Shown piece after piece: positions 18,374 through 28,672 of a stretch of DNA of 64,000 bases. This stretch comes from Dehalococcoidia bacterium (GTDB lineage: Bacteria > Chloroflexota > Dehalococcoidia > Lucifugimonadales > UBA826): positions 3,110 to 67,109 of the forward strand of contig JAPYSB010000008.1 of NCBI GenBank assembly GCA_029936675.1, read 5' to 3'. Each line of letters starts with the position of its first letter. Positions within the stretch are counted from its first letter, which is position 1. A program made the translations under genes and the position numbers. Under the pieces are notes generated by a model. That model ran no database searches. It saw only the letters and a program-made list of their open reading frames with translations, and was not told where the DNA came from.

Positions 18374-20596
18374 ATGGTTAATGTTGGGAATGTAATTGTT
18401 GACGATGCCTTATATGAAAAAATGGGGCATTACCTTGCCTCCGACAAGGTAGAACTGGTTGCTAAAGCCTATGCTTTTGCCGAAAAAGCACACGCTGGTC
18501 AGAGCCGGCTTTCCGGAGAGGAATTTTTTGAACACCCAAAACAGACGGCCCTTTTTTTGGCTGATCTCCGTTTGGATGCAAACGCGCTATCTGCTGCTCT
18601 TCTTCACGATGTTTTGGAAGACTGTGATGTTACTTTTGCCGAACTTTCAATGGAATTTGGGAGTGACGTGGCAGGGTTGGTGGATGGGGTTACAAAGCTT
18701 ACCAAAGCGGAGGTAATGGGAGATTCCCAGTTTTTGCCGGGGTCCCAGAGTGCATTCGAGGAGACTTCATTAGAAGACATTGCTCAAGCAGAGACGTTGC
18801 GAAAAATGCTTATGGCAATGGCCGAGGATGTTAGGGTGGTTTTAATCAAACTAGCCGATAGGCTACATAACATGAGAACTGTCGGGTCACTGCCTCAAAT
18901 TCGCCGAGAAGCGATGGCCAAAGAGACTTTGGAAATATATGCCCCGCTGGCTCACAGGTTGGGCATTTGGGAAATAAAATGGATGCTTGAGGATTTATCT
19001 TTCCAACAAATAGATCCTGATGCATATAAACAAATTTCCCTTCGATTGAATTCTAAACGTGGCAAGCGGGAAGAGTATATTGCCAAAGTTGTGGAAATAG
19101 TAAAATCTGAACTTGATAAAGCTGGTATATCAGCGGATATATATGGGAGACCCAAACACATATATAGCATTCATAAGAAGGCAGAAAGGTATCATGAATC
19201 CAACAGAGAGGTCAGTGAAATATATGACCTTTTTGCTGTGCGTATCCTAGTAAATGAAGTTAAAGATTGTTATGGAACTCTTGGAGTGATGCATACTAAA
19301 TGGAGACCTTTGCCTGGACAATTTGATGACTACATAGCCAATCCTAAAGACAATCTCTACCAGTCACTCCACACTGCCGTTTTGTGTGAAGAATCCTCCC
19401 CAGTGGAGATTCAAATCCGAACTCATGATATGCATCAGGTAGCCGAATATGGCGTGGCAGCCCACTGGCTCTACAAGGAAACTGGGGAACTTGATGTTCA
19501 GTTTGAAGAAAAAATGACTTGGTTGCGACAACTTTTGGAATGGCAACGAGATGTGAGTGGAGCAGTAGAATTCGTAGAATCTTTCAAAACAGATATTTTT
19601 CAAAATCAGGTTTTTGTTTATACACCCAACGGCGAGGTCATAGAACTTCCGACTGGTTCCACCCCACTTGATTTTGCCTACAGAATTCATACGGATATTG
19701 GGCATGGGTGTGTTGGAGCTAAGGTGAATGGTAAGTTGGTGGCTTTGAATTATCAGCTACAAAACGGTGACACTATTCAGATAATGACCAGTAAGGTCAC
19801 TAGAGGGCCAAGTCTTGATTGGATTAACCCTAGTCTGGGATATGCCAAAACTTCTTCAGCACGAGCCAAGATGCGCCAGTGGTTTAACCGACAAGAGCGC
19901 CAAACAAATATAGAACGTGGGAAAGAAGTATTCCAGAAGCAATTAGCAAGATTAGATTTAAATGTCACCCCGGAAATAGTGGTGGAAATGTTTAGGTATA
20001 AAACTGTTGATGATATGTTCGCCGATTTGGGCGGAGGTTCATTATCAACAACCAAATTGATATCTAGGATATCGTTGAAATCTGAACTTCCTGGTGATCT
20101 GATTCGCTCGACACCACCTAAAACAGGACCGGCTTCAGGAGTTCAGGTCCTTGGGGTAGGAGATCTTCTAACCAATATTGCCAGATGCTGTAATCCAATA
20201 ATTGGGGATGAAATTACAGGTTTTATTACGAGGGGACGAGGTGTCACTGTACACAGGAAATCGTGTCCAAATATAATCTCTGAAGATGAGTTGGAACGGA
20301 TAGTACCGGTAGATTGGGGAGAATCTAGGACGTTGTATCCGGTAAGAATTCAATTGGATTGTTGGGACCGTGTTGGATTGTTAGGAGATGTTACATCAGT
20401 GGTCTCTACCGAACGAATTAATATTGCCAATATTAATTCTGAAGAGTACGATGATAGGTGCGTCATTTCGCTGACGGTATACACAAATGGGATTGATCAG
20501 CTTGGACATTTGTACACGAAATTAGAGGCTGTTAATGGAGTTGATGTGGTTACCCGGCTGAGGAATATTGATTCCCGAAATGATATTGAAAATTAG
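18374..20596 (+). CDS. rel: Bifunctional (p)ppGpp synthetase/hydrolase
   Basis: HD domain (AALLHDVLED), synthetase (YQSLHT), TGS and C-terminal ACT domains. I prefer ATG 18374 (GGAG upstream) to the track's TTG at 18338. Confidence 0.93.
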   Translation: MVNVGNVIVDDALYEKMGHYLASDKVELVAKAYAFAEKAHAGQSRLSGEEFFEHPKQTALFLADLRLDANALSAALLHDVLEDCDVTFAELSMEFGSDVAGLVDGVTKLTKAEVMGDSQFLPGSQSAFEETSLEDIAQAETLRKMLMAMAEDVRVVLIKLADRLHNMRTVGSLPQIRREAMAKETLEIYAPLAHRLGIWEIKWMLEDLSFQQIDPDAYKQISLRLNSKRGKREEYIAKVVEIVKSELDKAGISADIYGRPKHIYSIHKKAERYHESNREVSEIYDLFAVRILVNEVKDCYGTLGVMHTKWRPLPGQFDDYIANPKDNLYQSLHTAVLCEESSPVEIQIRTHDMHQVAEYGVAAHWLYKETGELDVQFEEKMTWLRQLLEWQRDVSGAVEFVESFKTDIFQNQVFVYTPNGEVIELPTGSTPLDFAYRIHTDIGHGCVGAKVNGKLVALNYQLQNGDTIQIMTSKVTRGPSLDWINPSLGYAKTSSARAKMRQWFNRQERQTNIERGKEVFQKQLARLDLNVTPEIVVEMFRYKTVDDMFADLGGGSLSTTKLISRISLKSELPGDLIRSTPPKTGPASGVQVLGVGDLLTNIARCCNPIIGDEITGFITRGRGVTVHRKSCPNIISEDELERIVPVDWGESRTLYPVRIQLDCWDRVGLLGDVTSVVSTERINIANINSEEYDDRCVISLTVYTNGIDQLGHLYTKLEAVNGVDVVTRLRNIDSRNDIEN

Positions 20597-20629
20597 TTTT
20601 TAGAAAATGCAATAGGAGACTCGAGTAAA

Positions 20630-20893
20630 GTGCCAAGCGCAAAAGCTTTTAGGGTTAGTGAAAGAAAGAAAAGTATCAACCAACCCTTAAGATCACGGGC
20701 CAGAAATTTGGTTACGAGGACGCGGAGGATGATTGCTGACGGGGACATAGAAGGTGCTGAAGTAGCCGCAAAAGGGGCGGTAGTGGCTTTGGATAAAGCC
20801 GCTGGGAAGGGAGCGATGCACAAAAATACGGTGTCCAGAAAGAAATCAAGACTTATCAAGCATCTTAACGATGCTAAGAACAACCAGGAGTAA
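20630..20893 (+). CDS. rpsT: 30S ribosomal protein S20
   Basis: 87 aa with a GTG start. [20 protein letters not shown]...[12 protein letters not shown]. Confidence 0.93.
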   Translation: MPSAKAFRVSERKKSINQPLRSRARNLVTRTRRMIADGDIEGAEVAAKGAVVALDKAAGKGAMHKNTVSRKKSRLIKHLNDAKNNQE

Positions 20894-20898
20894 CTGTC

Positions 20899-21168
20899 AT
20901 GCTTAGAATTAGGCTTAGAAGGACAGGCTCTAAGAACCAACCAAGCTATCGAATAGTTGTGGCAGATTCTCGTAAGCCGAGAGATGGGCGCTTTGTTGAA
21001 AACCTAGGGCACTATAACCCCCGCTTTGATCCTCCGGAAATGGTTGTGGATACTGAAAAGGCACAAAAATGGATTAGTCAGGGAGCTCAGCCCTCCGATG
21101 CTGTAAAGAGAATAATAGAAAAAGTTTCGAGTCGAAATGAAGACTCTACAGACGAGGAAGAAGCGTAA
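20899..21168 (+). CDS. rpsP: 30S ribosomal protein S16
   Basis: [35 protein letters not shown]. Confidence 0.97.
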   Translation: MLRIRLRRTGSKNQPSYRIVVADSRKPRDGRFVENLGHYNPRFDPPEMVVDTEKAQKWISQGAQPSDAVKRIIEKVSSRNEDSTDEEEA

Positions 21169-21212
21169 ATCCTCTCAAATGAAATTCAATTGCCTCTCCA
21201 TTCTCAGTTAAT

Positions 21213-21443
21213 ATGAAAGAACTTATAGAGTATATAGCTAAATCTATTGTGTCTTATCCAGATGACGTTGTAGTTTCTTCCAGTGAGAAAGATGACGGAG
21301 ATGTCACCTATTTATTGCAGGTTCATCCTGACGACAAGGGTCGAGTGATTGGACGACAAGGCAGAGTTGCTCAATCAATAAGAAGTTTGTTAAGGGTAGC
21401 GGCTGTCAAGAATGGATTGCATGTCAGCCTGGAGATCGAATAA
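21213..21443 (+). CDS. KH-domain RNA-binding protein (YlqC/UPF0109 family)
   Basis: 76 aa with GRVIGRQGRVAQSIRSLL. Sits in the canonical position between rpsP and rimM. Confidence 0.9.
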   Translation: MKELIEYIAKSIVSYPDDVVVSSSEKDDGDVTYLLQVHPDDKGRVIGRQGRVAQSIRSLLRVAAVKNGLHVSLEIE

Positions 21444-21449
21444 AACTCT

Positions 21450-21470
21450 CACGTTCCACGTTCCACGTTT
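21450..21470. repeat. Heptamer tandem repeat, CACGTTC x3 (last copy CACGTTT)
   Basis: Read directly in the KH-rimM spacer. Confidence 0.9.
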
Positions 21471-21533
21471 CCTAGCGATCAGTAGAATCGGGTCGTAGCA
21501 ACTCGGGAAAATATTATTCATGGTTGGTTCAAT

Positions 21534-22043
21534 ATGGATGACGATTTAGTCACAGTGGGAATAATACGGGGTGTCCGAGGTCTCCGAGGTCAATTACGAG
21601 TCGAATCTCTATCTGATTTTCCACAGAGATTTTTAAAAGGACAATCCCTGCAACTGAATGGCCTGCTTAGGGTGATAGTTAATGTTTCTAATGACAAAAA
21701 AGGATTAATTGTAGAGCTAGGTGGTATTGATAGTCGGGAGGCTGCTGAGAAATACCGGGGATGCGAACTGAAGATTGACTCTCAAGAATCTGGGAACTTG
21801 AATTCAGAAAACAGCTATTTCCACCATGAAATCATTGGTATGGTAGTTTTGGACGAAAACAACACGGAATTGGGAGCTGTGAAAGAGATTATAGAAACAG
21901 GAGCTAATGACGTATACGTTGTGAGCAATTCAATAGATAAAGATATTTTGATACCAGCGATCAGTTCAGTTGTGGGTGAGGTATGTGTGGGGAGTAAAAC
22001 TATGAAAATTACTCTTCCAAAAGGCCTAAATACGAGGAACTGA
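21534..22043 (+). CDS. rimM: 16S rRNA processing protein RimM
   Basis: 169 aa. GIIRGVRGLRGQLRVESLSD N-terminus and a PRC-barrel C-terminus. Confidence 0.92.
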   Translation: MDDDLVTVGIIRGVRGLRGQLRVESLSDFPQRFLKGQSLQLNGLLRVIVNVSNDKKGLIVELGGIDSREAAEKYRGCELKIDSQESGNLNSENSYFHHEIIGMVVLDENNTELGAVKEIIETGANDVYVVSNSIDKDILIPAISSVVGEVCVGSKTMKITLPKGLNTRN

Positions 22044-22134
22044 ATTTGCACCGACCTGATTCAAGTCATTTGATATTGGTTTGCTAATGCACATCAGCCT
22101 CTAATTTGTTCGTGTATTTTAGACTTTTTAATCG

Positions 22135-22163
22135 TTGACACACATTTTATCCATAGCTATAAT
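22135..22163 (+). promoter_or_regulatory. Consensus sigma70-type promoter upstream of rpsL
   Basis: TTGACA (22135-22140), a 17-nt spacer, then TATAAT (22158-22163). Located about 70 nt upstream of the rpsL ATG. Confidence 0.6.
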
Positions 22164-22232
22164 TATTCCTTGTCGCCCCAAAAGCGGTGGCTTATTTCGG
22201 CAAAAAAAAGAGACAAAAAAACAGGAAATTTT

Positions 22233-22649
22233 ATGCCTACGGTTAACCAACTGATAAGGAAGAAGAGGCGCAAGAAGGCACGGAAAAATACGGCACCTGC
22301 GTTAGATCTTACTTGGAACACTCTGAAGAACAAGGGTAGCCGAGGAGCACGTTCTCCACATAAACGTGGAGTATGTGTCCAAGTTAGAACCCAGACACCT
22401 AAGAAGCCTAATTCAGCTTTAAGGAAGGTAGCTCGGGTGAGACTGACCAATGGGATGGAGGTCACGGCCTATATTCCAGGTGAGGGACATAATTTGCAGG
22501 AACACTCAGTCGTTTTGATAAGAGGGGGTAAGGTCCGGGATTTGCCAGGAGTACGGTATCACGTCGTGCGAGGGGTTTTAGATACAGCTGGAGTGCAGGA
22601 CCGAAAGAGAAGTCGTAGTAAATACGGAACTCGAATAGAAGAAAATTAA
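22233..22649 (+). CDS. rpsL: 30S ribosomal protein S12
   Basis: [10 protein letters not shown]...[19 protein letters not shown]...[10 protein letters not shown]. The start is trimmed to ATG 22233. Carries a roughly 14-aa insert between PAL and KRGVC, like Bacillus-type S12. Confidence 0.97.
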   Translation: MPTVNQLIRKKRRKKARKNTAPALDLTWNTLKNKGSRGARSPHKRGVCVQVRTQTPKKPNSALRKVARVRLTNGMEVTAYIPGEGHNLQEHSVVLIRGGKVRDLPGVRYHVVRGVLDTAGVQDRKRSRSKYGTRIEEN

Positions 22650-22701
22650 ATTACTAGATAGTTGCTTAGCGTAAATTAAGGTATCAATTCAGAGAAGTTA
22701 T

Positions 22702-23172
22702 ATGGCGAGAAGAAGAAGAGCAGAAATAAGAAAGATTTTGCCGGATCCTAAATATAATAGCGTCGATCTGGCCAAATTCATAAATAATGTCATGTCCAAT
22801 GGGAAAAAAACAGTTGCCCAAAAAATTGTTTACTCTGCCATAGATAGCGCAGAGCGAGAGGCAGGCAGATCCGGGTTCGAGGTTTTCGAGCAAGCGATTC
22901 GAAACGCCACTCCTATGATTGAAGTACGTTCTAGAAGAGTAGGGGGAGCTAATTACCAGGTGCCCGCCGAGGTTAGGCCAGCACGGCGTATGGCTTTAGC
23001 TATGAGGTGGCTTGTTACGGGTGCTAGGCAAAGGTCAGGTAGGGGAATGTCAGAGAAGTTGTCAGCCGAATTGTTGGATGCTTCTAGGGGGCAGGGAGCA
23101 GCTGTGAGGCGGAAAGAAGAGGTTTTCAGGATGGCAGAGGCCAACAGGGCCTTTGCTCATTATCGCTGGTGA
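22702..23172 (+). CDS. rpsG: 30S ribosomal protein S7
   Basis: [20 protein letters not shown]...[10 protein letters not shown]. Confidence 0.98.
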   Translation: MARRRRAEIRKILPDPKYNSVDLAKFINNVMSNGKKTVAQKIVYSAIDSAEREAGRSGFEVFEQAIRNATPMIEVRSRRVGGANYQVPAEVRPARRMALAMRWLVTGARQRSGRGMSEKLSAELLDASRGQGAAVRRKEEVFRMAEANRAFAHYRW

Positions 23173-23220
23173 CCGATTTAGTAATCTCTATTGAATAATG
23201 CCTATTGAAGGATATGGACA

Positions 23221-25275
23221 GTGGCACAAAATTCCCTAAAACAAACTAGAAACATTGGTTTTATTGCCCACATTGACGCGGGTAAAACAACTGTGTCGGA
23301 GAGAGTTTTATATTTTACTGGGCGCATCCATAAATTGGGTACCGTTGATGATGGGAACACAGCTACCGATTGGATGGACCAAGAAAGAGAAAGGGGAATA
23401 ACCATAGTTTCTGCCGCTACAGCGACGCAGTGGAAAGATTGGGATTTAAATATCATTGATACTCCCGGGCACGTGGATTTTACTGCTGAGGTGGAGAGGA
23501 GCCTTAGGGTTTTGGACGGTGGCATTGTTGTGTTTGATTCTGTAGCCGGGGTTCAACCACAGTCCGAGACTGTGTGGAGACAAGCTGATAAATATCAGGT
23601 GCCTCGTATATGTTTTATAAACAAAATGGATAAGGTGGGTGCGGATTACTACCACGCGATAAGCACCATAGTGCAGAGGCTAAAGGCAAACCCTGTTCCA
23701 ATACAGATACCTATGGGGAGTGAGGATCAATTCTATGGGGTCATTGATCTCGTGGAAGGTAGATCCTTTACATTCGATGATGAGGGGACCATGACCGAAG
23801 GTGGAGTCCCCGATGAGTTTGCGGAAGAATTTGAGGTTAGACGATCAGAAATGATCGAAAAGATAGCGGAGCAAGATGATAATCTTCTGGAAAAATTCCT
23901 TCTTGAAGAGGATATCTCGGAGGAAGAACTTAAGGCGGCTATACGGGCCGTAACCATTGCCAATAAGGTCGTTCCTGTTCTTTGTGGAACTGCCTTAAAA
24001 AACAAATGTGTTCAACCTTTGCTAGACGCAATAGGAGATTATTTACCTTCACCTTTAGATGTCCCTCCAGTTGAAGGTGTTAAGCCAGGCACTGATGATG
24101 TGATCGCGAGAGACGCCAACAACGACGAACCGTTCGCGGCACTTGCCTTCAAAACTGTGACGGACCCGTTTATCGGTAGACTTGTTTATTTCCGTGTTTA
24201 CTCTGGTTCAGCTAAGTCAGGGACGAGTGTTTTGAATACTGTAACAGGAGACAGGGAAAGGCTTGGCAGAATAGTTAAAATGCATGCAGACCAAAGGGAA
24301 GACGTCGAGGAAGTTTTTGCAGGGGAAATTGCTGCAGCAATTGGTCTAAAGGATACGACCACTGGCGAAACCATCAGCTCGATACAAGACCCGATTCTAC
24401 TAGAAAAGATCGAATTTCCAGATCCAGTTGTATCTGTTGCAATCGAACCCAAGGCTAGAGTAGATCAAGATAAGCTGTCTGATGCATTGATCAAATTGTC
24501 TGATGAAGATCCTACTTTCACAATTATTTATGATGACGAAACCGGTCAGACCGTTATGTCAGGAATGGGTGAATTGCACCTGGAAATTCTGACCGATCGC
24601 ATGAAGAGAGAATTTAAAGTTGAAGCCAACGTTGGAAAACCAAGAGTTGCATTCAGAGAGACTATTAGGAAAACAACAACTGCCGAAGGCAAATTCGTAA
24701 GGCAATCTGGAGGTCATGGCCAGTACGGCCACGTCATAATAGAGATGGAGCCACTGGAAAGAGGTGAAGGGGTACAGTTTGAAAACCGTATCAGAGGGGG
24801 ATCTATTCCGACTGAATTTATATCTTCAGTGGAGGACGGTGTCCGAGGCGCGTTGAAAAATGGGCCTAAGTCAGGGTTTCCAGTAATTGATCTTCTGGTC
24901 AGGCTTATTGATGGTACTTACCATGATGTTGATTCCTCCAAAGTTTCATTTGAAATTGCTGGTTCAATGGCCACAAGGACAGCTATTGACAGATGCGGTC
25001 CTGTCGTTCTGGAACCTGTGATGAAACTGGAAGTTGTTACCCCTGAGGATTACCTCGGAGAAGTAATCGGAGATCTAGGTAGGAGAAGGGCTGGGGTGGA
25101 GAGTATAGATGCTCAAGGGGACACTCAAATAGTTAAAGCATCTCTTCCGTTGGCTGAGAGCTTTGGATACGCAAATGATTTACGCTCTATCACTCAAGGA
25201 AGGGCGGGATATTCTATGGAATTCGAAAAATATTTGGAAGCTCCTGAGTCAGTCGTGGAAGCTCAGGCCACTTAG
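23221..25275 (+). CDS. fusA: Elongation factor G
   Basis: 684 aa with a GTG start. G1 AHIDAGKTT, DTPGHVDF and NKMD motifs, with domains II-V colinear. Confidence 0.97.
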   Translation: MAQNSLKQTRNIGFIAHIDAGKTTVSERVLYFTGRIHKLGTVDDGNTATDWMDQERERGITIVSAATATQWKDWDLNIIDTPGHVDFTAEVERSLRVLDGGIVVFDSVAGVQPQSETVWRQADKYQVPRICFINKMDKVGADYYHAISTIVQRLKANPVPIQIPMGSEDQFYGVIDLVEGRSFTFDDEGTMTEGGVPDEFAEEFEVRRSEMIEKIAEQDDNLLEKFLLEEDISEEELKAAIRAVTIANKVVPVLCGTALKNKCVQPLLDAIGDYLPSPLDVPPVEGVKPGTDDVIARDANNDEPFAALAFKTVTDPFIGRLVYFRVYSGSAKSGTSVLNTVTGDRERLGRIVKMHADQREDVEEVFAGEIAAAIGLKDTTTGETISSIQDPILLEKIEFPDPVVSVAIEPKARVDQDKLSDALIKLSDEDPTFTIIYDDETGQTVMSGMGELHLEILTDRMKREFKVEANVGKPRVAFRETIRKTTTAEGKFVRQSGGHGQYGHVIIEMEPLERGEGVQFENRIRGGSIPTEFISSVEDGVRGALKNGPKSGFPVIDLLVRLIDGTYHDVDSSKVSFEIAGSMATRTAIDRCGPVVLEPVMKLEVVTPEDYLGEVIGDLGRRRAGVESIDAQGDTQIVKASLPLAESFGYANDLRSITQGRAGYSMEFEKYLEAPESVVEAQAT

Positions 25276-25287
25276 GACATTTAAGAA

Positions 25288-25602
25288 ATGGTACAAAACG
25301 CTCAAAAAATTAGAGTTATATTAAAGGCATTTGATCACAGAATTTTGGATCAGTCCGCCGGTCAGATAGTTGAAACTGCTGAAAGGACTGGAGCTAGGGT
25401 TGCTGGTCCGGTGCCACTACCCACTGCTATCAAACGGTTTTGTGTGTTAAGGGCGCCCCATATTGATAAGGATTCTCGAGAGCATTTCGAGATGAGGACT
25501 CATAACCGACTTATCGATATACATAACCCCACATCTAAAACGATAGATTCATTGACTAATCTGGACATGCCTGCTGGTGTGGACATATCAATCAAATTGT
25601 AG
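25288..25602 (+). CDS. rpsJ: 30S ribosomal protein S10
   Basis: [16 protein letters not shown]...GPVPLPT...RTHNRLIDI. Confidence 0.98.
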   Translation: MVQNAQKIRVILKAFDHRILDQSAGQIVETAERTGARVAGPVPLPTAIKRFCVLRAPHIDKDSREHFEMRTHNRLIDIHNPTSKTIDSLTNLDMPAGVDISIKL

Positions 25603-25612
25603 GTACAGAAAG

Positions 25613-26245
25613 ATGTCAATTGTAGGGATAATAGGAAAAATAATCGGGGGGACCCAGTATTTTTATGAAGACGGTACTGCTCACGCAGTTACCGCTATTG
25701 AAGCTGGTCCTTGCACTATCACACAGATCAAATCTTTGAAGAAAGATGGATACCAAAGCGTTCAATTGGGATTTGAAAGGATTAAGAAGTCAAATAAACC
25801 AAAAAAAGGCCACTTGGCAGTGGCTGGCATCGATCTGTTCCGATATCTCAGAGAGACAAAGTCTGAAAACTATGAAGATTTAGAACTGGGGTCCCAAATT
25901 GACGTGGGAATGTTTGAGGTCGATGAAAAAGTTAATGTCACAGGGGTTTCGAAAGGGAAAGGGTTTCAAGGAGGGGTTAAAAGATATAACTTTCGGGGAG
26001 GACCCAAAACTCACGGTCAATCTGACAGGCATCGTGCACCAGGATCAATTGGAGCTGGGACCACCCCTGGACGTGTCATCAAAGGAATGAGAATGGCAGG
26101 TCGTATGGGTGGAGACAAGGTGACTGTGAAGAATTTGGATGTCGTAATGGTGGATGCTGAGAGGAATCTGTTGTTGGTGAAAGGTGCTGTGCCAGGGCAT
26201 CGTAATTCTGTGTTACTTATATCTAAATCCAATACCAAGAGTTAA
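25613..26245 (+). CDS. rplC: 50S ribosomal protein L3
   Basis: MSIVGIIGKIIGGTQ...FQGGVKRYNFRGGPKTHGQSDRHRAPGSIG. The start is trimmed to ATG 25613. Confidence 0.97.
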   Translation: MSIVGIIGKIIGGTQYFYEDGTAHAVTAIEAGPCTITQIKSLKKDGYQSVQLGFERIKKSNKPKKGHLAVAGIDLFRYLRETKSENYEDLELGSQIDVGMFEVDEKVNVTGVSKGKGFQGGVKRYNFRGGPKTHGQSDRHRAPGSIGAGTTPGRVIKGMRMAGRMGGDKVTVKNLDVVMVDAERNLLLVKGAVPGHRNSVLLISKSNTKS

Positions 26246-26250
26246 AAGTA

Positions 26251-27198
26251 GTGAAACTTCAAATAAAAAATATTCAGGGAGAGAACACTGGCGATTTGGA
26301 AGTTCGTGACGATGTTTTTGGGGTGCCTGTTAAATCAGCCTTGGTTCATCAAGTAATGGTTGGCCAGCTGGCCAACAAGAGGCAAGGCACGGCCAAAACC
26401 AAAACCAGATCAGAAGTGTCAGGCGGCGGAGCTAAACCTCGACCACAAAAGGGCACAGGAAGCTCCAGACAGGGTTCTACTAGTTCTCCTGTGTGGGTTG
26501 GTGGCGGAAGAGCCTTCGGCCCTTCCCCGCGAAGCTACAGGAAGCGGACTCCCAAAAAGATGAGACGTTTGGCATTGCTGTCAGTCCTGTCTGATAAGGC
26601 CCGCCACTCAGATTTACTTCTTCTTGATTCTCTAGAATTGAAGGAAGGAAAGACAAAAGAGATTGTGTCGATACTTTCTGATCTGAACATCTCGAATTCA
26701 GCTTTGATAGTGACTGATGGACCAAATAAAAAACTGGTTCAATCAGCTGGAAATGTTGATGGAGTAAGAACTTTACCAGTGCAAGTACTCAACACATTAG
26801 AGTTACTTAATAAAAAACAATTAATAATCACGGTTGACGCAGTAAAAAGGATTGAAGAGTTATGGGGAGGAGTCTATAGGGGGGAAATTTCTTCAAACAA
26901 TCCTTCAAGCGAAGAAATTGGTGTGGAGAAAGAAGAAGCTCATGCTGAACCCCAAATCGTGGAAGATCCAGTGGAAGAGATCGTTGCTGAAGAAGTCAAC
27001 ATAACTTCTGTAGAAGAGCTCAACCTTTCGACCAGAACTAGAAACATATTGTTGCAAGCAGGCGTTACTGAAATCAAGGATTTGATCGGTCTATCCAAAG
27101 TAGAACTTATGGCGATACAAAGTTTTGGAGAGAAGTCATTTCTGGAAGTTCAGCAACAGCTGCAAAATATAAAGTTACTGCCCTCAGACTGGGAATAA
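26251..27198 (+). CDS. rplD: 50S ribosomal protein L4 with a C-terminal acidic linker and an RNA polymerase alpha-CTD-like helix-hairpin-helix domain
   Basis: 315 aa with a GTG start. Residues 1-206 are canonical uL4 (KGTGSSRQGSTSSPVWVGGGRAFGP). Residues 250-315 align colinearly with the rpoA C-terminal domain in this window. Confidence 0.93.
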   Translation: MKLQIKNIQGENTGDLEVRDDVFGVPVKSALVHQVMVGQLANKRQGTAKTKTRSEVSGGGAKPRPQKGTGSSRQGSTSSPVWVGGGRAFGPSPRSYRKRTPKKMRRLALLSVLSDKARHSDLLLLDSLELKEGKTKEIVSILSDLNISNSALIVTDGPNKKLVQSAGNVDGVRTLPVQVLNTLELLNKKQLIITVDAVKRIEELWGGVYRGEISSNNPSSEEIGVEKEEAHAEPQIVEDPVEEIVAEEVNITSVEELNLSTRTRNILLQAGVTEIKDLIGLSKVELMAIQSFGEKSFLEVQQQLQNIKLLPSDWE

Positions 27199-27211
27199 AA
27201 GGTAAGCAGAG

Positions 27212-27505
27212 ATGAGTAAGCATCATAAATACGCAATTCTAAAACGCCCATTGATTACAGAAAAATCTACGTTGATGCAAGAAGATGGTCGCTATGTTTT
27301 TGAAGTCGCCAAAACCGCTACCAAACTGGAAGTTAAAGAGGCAGTCCAGGAAGTTTTCGGGGTCACGGTGATTAAAGTCAACACCATGAACGTGAAAGGG
27401 AAAATGAAGCGCTTTGGCCCTAAGTTTTCCCAGAGGCCCTCTTGGAAGAAGGCTGTTGTTTCGGTGGCTCCCGGGGATTCAATAACTTTGTTTGAGGGAG
27501 TTTGA
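27212..27505 (+). CDS. rplW: 50S ribosomal protein L23
   Basis: [11 protein letters not shown]...[17 protein letters not shown]. Confidence 0.97.
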   Translation: MSKHHKYAILKRPLITEKSTLMQEDGRYVFEVAKTATKLEVKEAVQEVFGVTVIKVNTMNVKGKMKRFGPKFSQRPSWKKAVVSVAPGDSITLFEGV

Positions 27506-28338
27506 TGCCGTTAAAAACTAGAAAACCAATCACCCCAGGCCAAAGAGGATTAGTACTTCAGAGTACGGACGATATAACTGAAAGAAAGCCGCGAAAGAAC
27601 TTAGTCAGGCCTTTGAAAAAAACAGGTGGAAGAAATTCTACTGGACGTGTAACAGTGAGGCATCGTGGTGGAGGTCATAAGAGACGATATAGGGTAATAG
27701 ATTTTAAAAGAGATAATTATGGTGTGCCGGGAACCGTCGAGACCATTGAATATGACCCTAATCGCTCTTGCCGAATAGCGCTTATTAAGTTTGAGAACGG
27801 TGATTGGCGATATATTCTGGCTCCAAATGAAATACATGTGGGAGACCGAGTTAGATCTGGTGAGGACGCTGATATTCGTCCAGGCCATGCATTGCCATTG
27901 GAAAAAATACCGTCAGGAACTTTGGTACACAATGTTGAATTGACCAAAGGGAAAGGGGGACAGATTGTGAGAAGTGCGGGTAGCTATGCACAGGTATTGG
28001 CTAGTGAGGGAAAGTACACTTTATTGCGCTTACCCTCCGGAGAAATGAGAAATGTTTTAAGTACGTGCATGGCGACGGTGGGTCAGCTGAGCGCCCTAGA
28101 TAAGAAAAATGTGAAACTTGGTAAAGCTGGTAGGAATAGAAACTTGGGTAGAAGGCCATCGGTGCGCGGGGTTGCAATGGCTCCAAACGCTCATCCACAC
28201 GGGGGAGGTGAAGGTAGGTCTCCGATAGGTATGCCTGGACCAAAAACCCCATGGGGTAAACCTGCTCTTGGATACCGAACCAGGAAAAAGAACAAACCCT
28301 CTAGTAAATTCATAGTAAGAAGAAGATATGACAGGTAA
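27505..28338 (+). CDS. rplB: 50S ribosomal protein L2
   Basis: [15 protein letters not shown]...GGGHKRRYR...[13 protein letters not shown]. The ATG overlaps the rplW TGA by 1 nt. Confidence 0.97.
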   Translation: MPLKTRKPITPGQRGLVLQSTDDITERKPRKNLVRPLKKTGGRNSTGRVTVRHRGGGHKRRYRVIDFKRDNYGVPGTVETIEYDPNRSCRIALIKFENGDWRYILAPNEIHVGDRVRSGEDADIRPGHALPLEKIPSGTLVHNVELTKGKGGQIVRSAGSYAQVLASEGKYTLLRLPSGEMRNVLSTCMATVGQLSALDKKNVKLGKAGRNRNLGRRPSVRGVAMAPNAHPHGGGEGRSPIGMPGPKTPWGKPALGYRTRKKNKPSSKFIVRRRYDR

Positions 28339-28359
28339 ATCATTAAGAGGTGTATCTAA

Positions 28360-28644
28360 ATGTCGCGTTCAATAAAGAAAGGGCCGTACGTGCACCCAAA
28401 GTTGGCCAAAAAAATCGACCAAGCAGTTAAATCAAATAGTAGAGAAGTGATAAAAACTTGGTCTAGAGCATCCATGATCATGCCTGATATGTTGGGATTG
28501 ACCATTGCAGTTCACGATGGCAGAAGACATGTGCCGGTATTTGTCACTGAAAATATGGTTGGCCATAAATTAGGAGAGTTTTCACCAACTCGAACTTTTA
28601 GAGGTCATTCAACTAAATCGGAAAGAATGTCTAGGATCGGATAG
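28360..28644 (+). CDS. rpsS: 30S ribosomal protein S19
   Basis: [11 protein letters not shown]...[24 protein letters not shown]. Confidence 0.98.
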   Translation: MSRSIKKGPYVHPKLAKKIDQAVKSNSREVIKTWSRASMIMPDMLGLTIAVHDGRRHVPVFVTENMVGHKLGEFSPTRTFRGHSTKSERMSRIG

Positions 28645-28672
28645 AAGGATCAACGTTTACTGAGGAACAGTA

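Noticed and set aside
22170-22232. N-terminal extensions of track ORFs for rpsL. The same applies to rplC (25577), rpsC (28992), rplP (29818), rplF (32880), adk (36449), the DtxR-like gene (42997), pstS (55124), the SelA-like gene (50086) and rel (18338).
   Set aside because: The conserved protein N-termini begin at internal start codons. The upstream extensions overlap preceding genes or lack homology.
22290-22350. S12 insertion between PAL and KRGVC as a novelty
   Set aside because: A comparable insert is present in Bacillus-type S12. I treat it as a lineage marker, not a new feature.
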